Position numbers and translations under genes: made by a program
From: an uncultured virus (IMG/VR IMGVR_UViG_3300044825_003205)
Taxonomy: Duplodnaviria; Heunggongvirae; Uroviricota; Caudoviricetes
Strand: one strand, 5' to 3'
DNA: 64,000 nt
IMG/VR virus record: IMGVR_UViG_3300044825_003205
Location: 1-64,000 of that record
Shown: positions 60,381 through 64,000 of the stretch, piece by piece
Layout of the letters: each line of letters starts with the position of its first letter
Numbering within the stretch: position 1 is the first letter of the stretch
Notes under the pieces: generated by a model
The model's input: the letters and a program-made list of their open reading frames with translations, nothing else
Told to the model about the DNA's origin: nothing
Database searches by the model: none

Positions 60381-60896
60381 TTATATTCCTTTGAATTCAT
60401 TTTCATTTACAGGGGTTGCAGTAATCGTCCTGTAGAATGGTTTATAACCACCATAAGTATGTTTATTATCTGAAACTACCCTACCATCATCTGCAACTAC
60501 ATAATATCTCACTTTTCTTTCTGTTTCATAATAAGCAAAGTAGTCACCGAAAGCGATATCCACTTGTAGAGATTCCAAGTAGTTTTGATAAATAGAAAAT
60601 CTCATATTACCAGGTTCTTCCAACTCAACTTTACTTTGACCTATTTTCTGATTTGTAGGTTGAACAATTTGAACATAACCCTTGAGTTCAATAGGAGGTA
60701 AAAACTGAATTCCATCCTCAGGTGCTTCCCCATAAACATCATCCGTTTTGGTTTTGTATCTATCAATCCTATATAAAACTACAGTAAAATTCATGTCACC
60801 CTCTAGCCACTCTTGACCCATTTCAATGTCTAAGGCATAATCCTCAGCGCCGAAAAACTTACCAAGTCTTGTTATAGGGACTAATTTTTGTTCCAT
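60381..60896 (-). CDS. Neck/head-closure protein (gp14-like)
   Basis: VVLYRID..KTKTDDVYGEA..FLPPIEL...DIAFGDY; neck-region context. Confidence 0.6.
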   Translation of the reverse strand: MEQKLVPITRLGKFFGAEDYALDIEMGQEWLEGDMNFTVVLYRIDRYKTKTDDVYGEAPEDGIQFLPPIELKGYVQIVQPTNQKIGQSKVELEEPGNMRFSIYQNYLESLQVDIAFGDYFAYYETERKVRYYVVADDGRVVSDNKHTYGGYKPFYRTITATPVNENEFKGI

Positions 60897-60901
60897 AGTT
60901 A

Positions 60902-60933
60902 TTTGATAAATACTTAATTCTTGTTTATATTTT
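60902..60933 (+). promoter_or_regulatory. Near-consensus Bacteroidota promoter for the SET-SNF2 pair
   Basis: TTTG-N20-TATATTTT, one mismatch to TAnnTTTG, 12 nt before ATG 60946. Confidence 0.45.
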
Positions 60934-60945
60934 ATACAAAAATTA

Positions 60946-61344
60946 ATGAGAATATTTCCCCCTACGAAAATTTTTCTAGCGAAAAGCCCTATTCATGGGT
61001 ATGGAATATTTGCAAACTCTTTTATAAAAAAAGACGAAATAATCGAAGAGTGTCCTATTTTAGATTTGAAAGTTCCGAAAGGTGAAAGATGTGATATACT
61101 ATCTGACTATAGATTTAATTGGCCTTACGGAACTTCTGATTGGGAAAAACAAGTAGTCGCTTGGGGATGGGGTTCATTGTATAATCATTCAGAAACCCCA
61201 AACGCATCTTGGAGGTCAAATCATGAGAGAAATACTTTCGAGTTTTATGCTCTAACTGAAATAAATCCATTTGAAGAAATACTCATATTTTACGGAGGAA
61301 CTGACTATTGGTTGGATGGGAGAACACACGTTAATGTTATATGA
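60946..61344 (+). CDS. SET-domain protein-lysine methyltransferase
   Basis: SPIHGYGIFA...IKKDEIIEECP...GWGSLYNHSETPNA...FYALTEINPFEEILIFYG. Confidence 0.9.
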   Translation: MRIFPPTKIFLAKSPIHGYGIFANSFIKKDEIIEECPILDLKVPKGERCDILSDYRFNWPYGTSDWEKQVVAWGWGSLYNHSETPNASWRSNHERNTFEFYALTEINPFEEILIFYGGTDYWLDGRTHVNVI

Positions 61345-63095
61345 TGAATGAGGATACTTTAGAAAACAGAGCACTTGCAATACTTTCAGAATATGAAGGT
61401 TCAAATAATTTTATTTTAGAACTAAAAAGGAAATCTGAGATAAATAGAAGATTTTATCCTACAAGAAGTCAATCTGATTACATAATCAACAATCATACAA
61501 AACAACCAAAGGTTGCAAAAAAGTGGGTTGTATTAGATTCTTATTTTGCTTTAAAATTTGCAAACGATTGGAATTTAATAAGAATACCTGATAAGTTTTG
61601 GATTGAAAAACTTTTAACTGAAACAGAAAAAGCGTTTCATGTGTGGGGTAAAATTGAAGAAGACGGTGAACTTCGTGATTATTGGTTACCTAAAGCATCA
61701 ATAATAAAAGACAATACTGTCAAAGACGTTGTTATTGATTACAAAAAATATAAAAAACGTCCTCCAATGGAACACCAAAAGGAGGCAATACAAAAACTCG
61801 CAGAAAATAAAAGATTTATATTGGCGGATGACATGGGATTGGGTAAGACAACCTCAACCATAATCGCGGCATTAGAAACCGGTGCAAAGAAAATTTTAAT
61901 AATTTGTCCCGCAACTTTGAAAATAAATTGGAAGAGAGAAATTGAAAACTATTCTAAAAAAAGTGTCTTTATTGCGGAAGGTAAAAACTTTGAAACAAAT
62001 CACGATTTTGTAATCATCAACTACGATATAATTAAAAACTTTCACGACCCAAAGAAAAAAGGGGAATCTAAGATATTAGAAGGAAAGTTTGATTTGGTAA
62101 TAGTTGACGAAGCACATTATATCAAAAATGCTCAAGCTCAAAGAACAAAGTTAATAAATGACATTGTAAAAGATATCGAAAGGGTTTGGTTATTAACAGG
62201 AACTCCGATGACATCAAGACCTATAGATTACTTCAACTTATTGAGTTTGGTTGACTCACCTGTTGCAAAAAATTGGATGGCTTATGTTATAAGATATTGT
62301 GCGGGATATCAATTCAAAGTTGGCCCGAGAAAAGTGTGGAACGTCATGGGAGCGTCAAACTTAGAAGAATTAAGAGATAGAACAACAAACACAATATTAA
62401 GAAGACTCAAAGAAGACGTGCTCGATTTACCTGAAAAAATAATAACACCAATCTATTTGAGATTGAAATCTAAAGAATATGAAAACTTGATGGGTGAGTA
62501 TTACGAATGGTATAGAAGTAAGCCCGATGAATCCAATTCTCTCACCGTTCAGTTCACAAAACTTACAAAAGTAAGACAAGTTATAGCCAATGAAAAAACT
62601 TTACAAACTATAGAATTGGCCGAGAACATAATTGAACAAGGAAAAAAAGTAATCATTTTTTGTAATTTCACAGAATCCTTAGATTCAATAGTTCAACACT
62701 TCGGAAAGTCTGCGGTGAAGGTTAACGGTTCTATGTCCAAAGCTGAAAGACAAAATAGTGTAGACAGATTTCAAGAAGATGAGAAAGTCAAAGTGTTTGT
62801 AGGCAACATCAAAGCGGCTGGTGTTGGTATAACTTTGACAGCAGCTGAAGCCGTTATTATGAATGATTTATCTTTCTTACCTTCCGACCACTCTCAGGCA
62901 GAAGATAGAGCTTATCGTATTGGACAAAAGAACAATGTTCTTGTTTATTACCCTCTTTTCGAAAATACAATAGAAGGTTTGATTTACGATATTTTGATGG
63001 CAAAAAAACAAGTTATTGCCACGGTCATGGGTGATAATGTTAACAGTGCAGACTTCGTTGAAGAAATTATGAACAGAATCAACAAAGAGGCATAA
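61341..63095 (+). CDS. SNF2-family helicase/translocase (SMARCAL1/HARP-like)
   Basis: LADDMGLGKT, IVDEAHYIKN, LTGTP, LRRLKEDVLDLP, GVGITLT, QAEDRAYRIGQ. Confidence 0.92.
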   Translation: MMNEDTLENRALAILSEYEGSNNFILELKRKSEINRRFYPTRSQSDYIINNHTKQPKVAKKWVVLDSYFALKFANDWNLIRIPDKFWIEKLLTETEKAFHVWGKIEEDGELRDYWLPKASIIKDNTVKDVVIDYKKYKKRPPMEHQKEAIQKLAENKRFILADDMGLGKTTSTIIAALETGAKKILIICPATLKINWKREIENYSKKSVFIAEGKNFETNHDFVIINYDIIKNFHDPKKKGESKILEGKFDLVIVDEAHYIKNAQAQRTKLINDIVKDIERVWLLTGTPMTSRPIDYFNLLSLVDSPVAKNWMAYVIRYCAGYQFKVGPRKVWNVMGASNLEELRDRTTNTILRRLKEDVLDLPEKIITPIYLRLKSKEYENLMGEYYEWYRSKPDESNSLTVQFTKLTKVRQVIANEKTLQTIELAENIIEQGKKVIIFCNFTESLDSIVQHFGKSAVKVNGSMSKAERQNSVDRFQEDEKVKVFVGNIKAAGVGITLTAAEAVIMNDLSFLPSDHSQAEDRAYRIGQKNNVLVYYPLFENTIEGLIYDILMAKKQVIATVMGDNVNSADFVEEIMNRINKEA

Positions 63096-63127
63096 TAACA
63101 ATATTATCTATATAGATATTTATTGTT

Positions 63128-64000
63128 ATGTCAGTAATTGCAGAACCAGAAAGAAGTAAACTTTATACAAGAATCAAACATCTTTTAGGTGCACCGATAA
63201 GAAGTGTAGAAGTAGAAGATGAAATGATGGATTCATTGCTTGAATTAGCAATTGGAGATTACGAACAATATATATTGGATTGGTTAATTGAATCACAATG
63301 GGTTAACCTTGTTAATTTAGATATGAACAACCAATCAGTTGCCAACGCATTAATTACAAGAACTATGAACTTTGAACAACAGTTTCAATATTCATATTCG
63401 AAAATTGTTGGTCTTCAGACTAATGGTCCGTGGGTTCTGAAAAAAGACTATTTTACTTTAAGTGCAAATACACAAACTTATGAAATACCTGCAGGTCGTG
63501 AAGTGAATGAATTACTATGGTATAGTAATCAACCGTGGGGTCTTTTTGGATTAGCCGGTATGGGATTGGGTTTTGGATATGATGGTGCTGGTTTGGGTGC
63601 AAACCAATCGGGATATGCACAGTTTGGATACCAAGGTTCTTATTTTATGATGTCAGGATTCGACTACTTAGTTAGGGCTCAAGAAGCAAATATCTTGAAT
63701 AGAATTTTAGGTGGTAGTTTAACATACAGAATTACTGCATTACCTGATGGAAAAAAATTAGTTCATTTGATGAATACACCTAATGGTAGATTCAATTGGA
63801 CAAGTTATAGTCAATACGTTGGAAAAAATGTATGGTATTGGTACTACGATACTACAGGTAAAGATAGAAACGATTGTTTGAAGGCTAACCCCGATATTAT
63901 CAAATTACCTTCAGATGTACCTATTGGAGCTTTGGAGTGGGGAGACTTGAACGACCCTGCAAGACAATGGGTCCGTAGATGGTTCACAGCATATGTAAAA
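63128..64000 (+). CDS. Neck protein (T4 gp13-like), 3'-truncated by the window edge
   Basis: Not in the ORF track. MSVIAEPERSKLYTRIKHLLGAPIRSVEVEDEMM... is open to the end; LGAP..VE motif of gp13; TATTTAT at 63117-63123. Confidence 0.8.
   Translation, partial: MSVIAEPERSKLYTRIKHLLGAPIRSVEVEDEMMDSLLELAIGDYEQYILDWLIESQWVNLVNLDMNNQSVANALITRTMNFEQQFQYSYSKIVGLQTNGPWVLKKDYFTLSANTQTYEIPAGREVNELLWYSNQPWGLFGLAGMGLGFGYDGAGLGANQSGYAQFGYQGSYFMMSGFDYLVRAQEANILNRILGGSLTYRITALPDGKKLVHLMNTPNGRFNWTSYSQYVGKNVWYWYYDTTGKDRNDCLKANPDIIKLPSDVPIGALEWGDLNDPARQWVRRWFTAYVK

Noticed and set aside
1..64000. Stop-codon reassignment, as seen in some Bacteroidota phages
   Set aside because: Long genes are intact in code 11, and TAA, TAG and TGA all serve as stops at tight gene junctions
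1..64000. tRNA or other structured ncRNA genes
   Set aside because: Intergenic gaps are short (about 150 bp or less) and AT-rich; only simple hairpins were seen. A covariance-model search was not possible.

Overview
This window is a gene-dense, AT-rich (roughly one-third GC by eye) segment of a large myovirus-type (T4-like/jumbo) bacteriophage, read in the standard genetic code and almost entirely on the minus strand. The host is probably a Bacteroidota: there is a perfect TTTG-N20-TAnnTTTG promoter, starts are A-rich without Shine-Dalgarno sites, and one protein carries SprB repeats. Reading right to left on the minus strand: neck/head-closure protein, small alpha/beta-hydrolase, tail terminator, sheath, HAD-like protein, tube, tail chaperone with a +1-frame extension ORF, tape measure, tube initiator with an inserted OmpA-like domain, LysM/gpX-like protein and a 2291-aa hub protein. 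Next comes an embedded replication block (gp32-like SSB, RecA/UvsX, 5'-3' exonuclease, DnaB, class II RNR), then baseplate wedge genes and a fibre/adhesin cluster (SprB repeats, Pro/Thr linkers, LamG, giant GSSGTS Gly-X-X stalks, tandem beta-helix tailspike). The plus strand carries a small ribbon-helix-helix gene, a SET-domain methyltransferase coupled to an SNF2 helicase, and a gp13-like neck gene. Four probable genes are missing from the supplied ORF track: <1..4066, 52869..~53048, 58639..58806 and 63128..>64000. The most notable items are the SET-SNF2 operon, a candidate +1 frameshift at UUC_UUU_CGC, a strand-switching TATTTAT promoter motif, the RHH gene with a palindromic operator, and ~1100-residue proline-free Gly-X-X fibres. 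All functional calls come from motif recognition by eye; no database searches were run.
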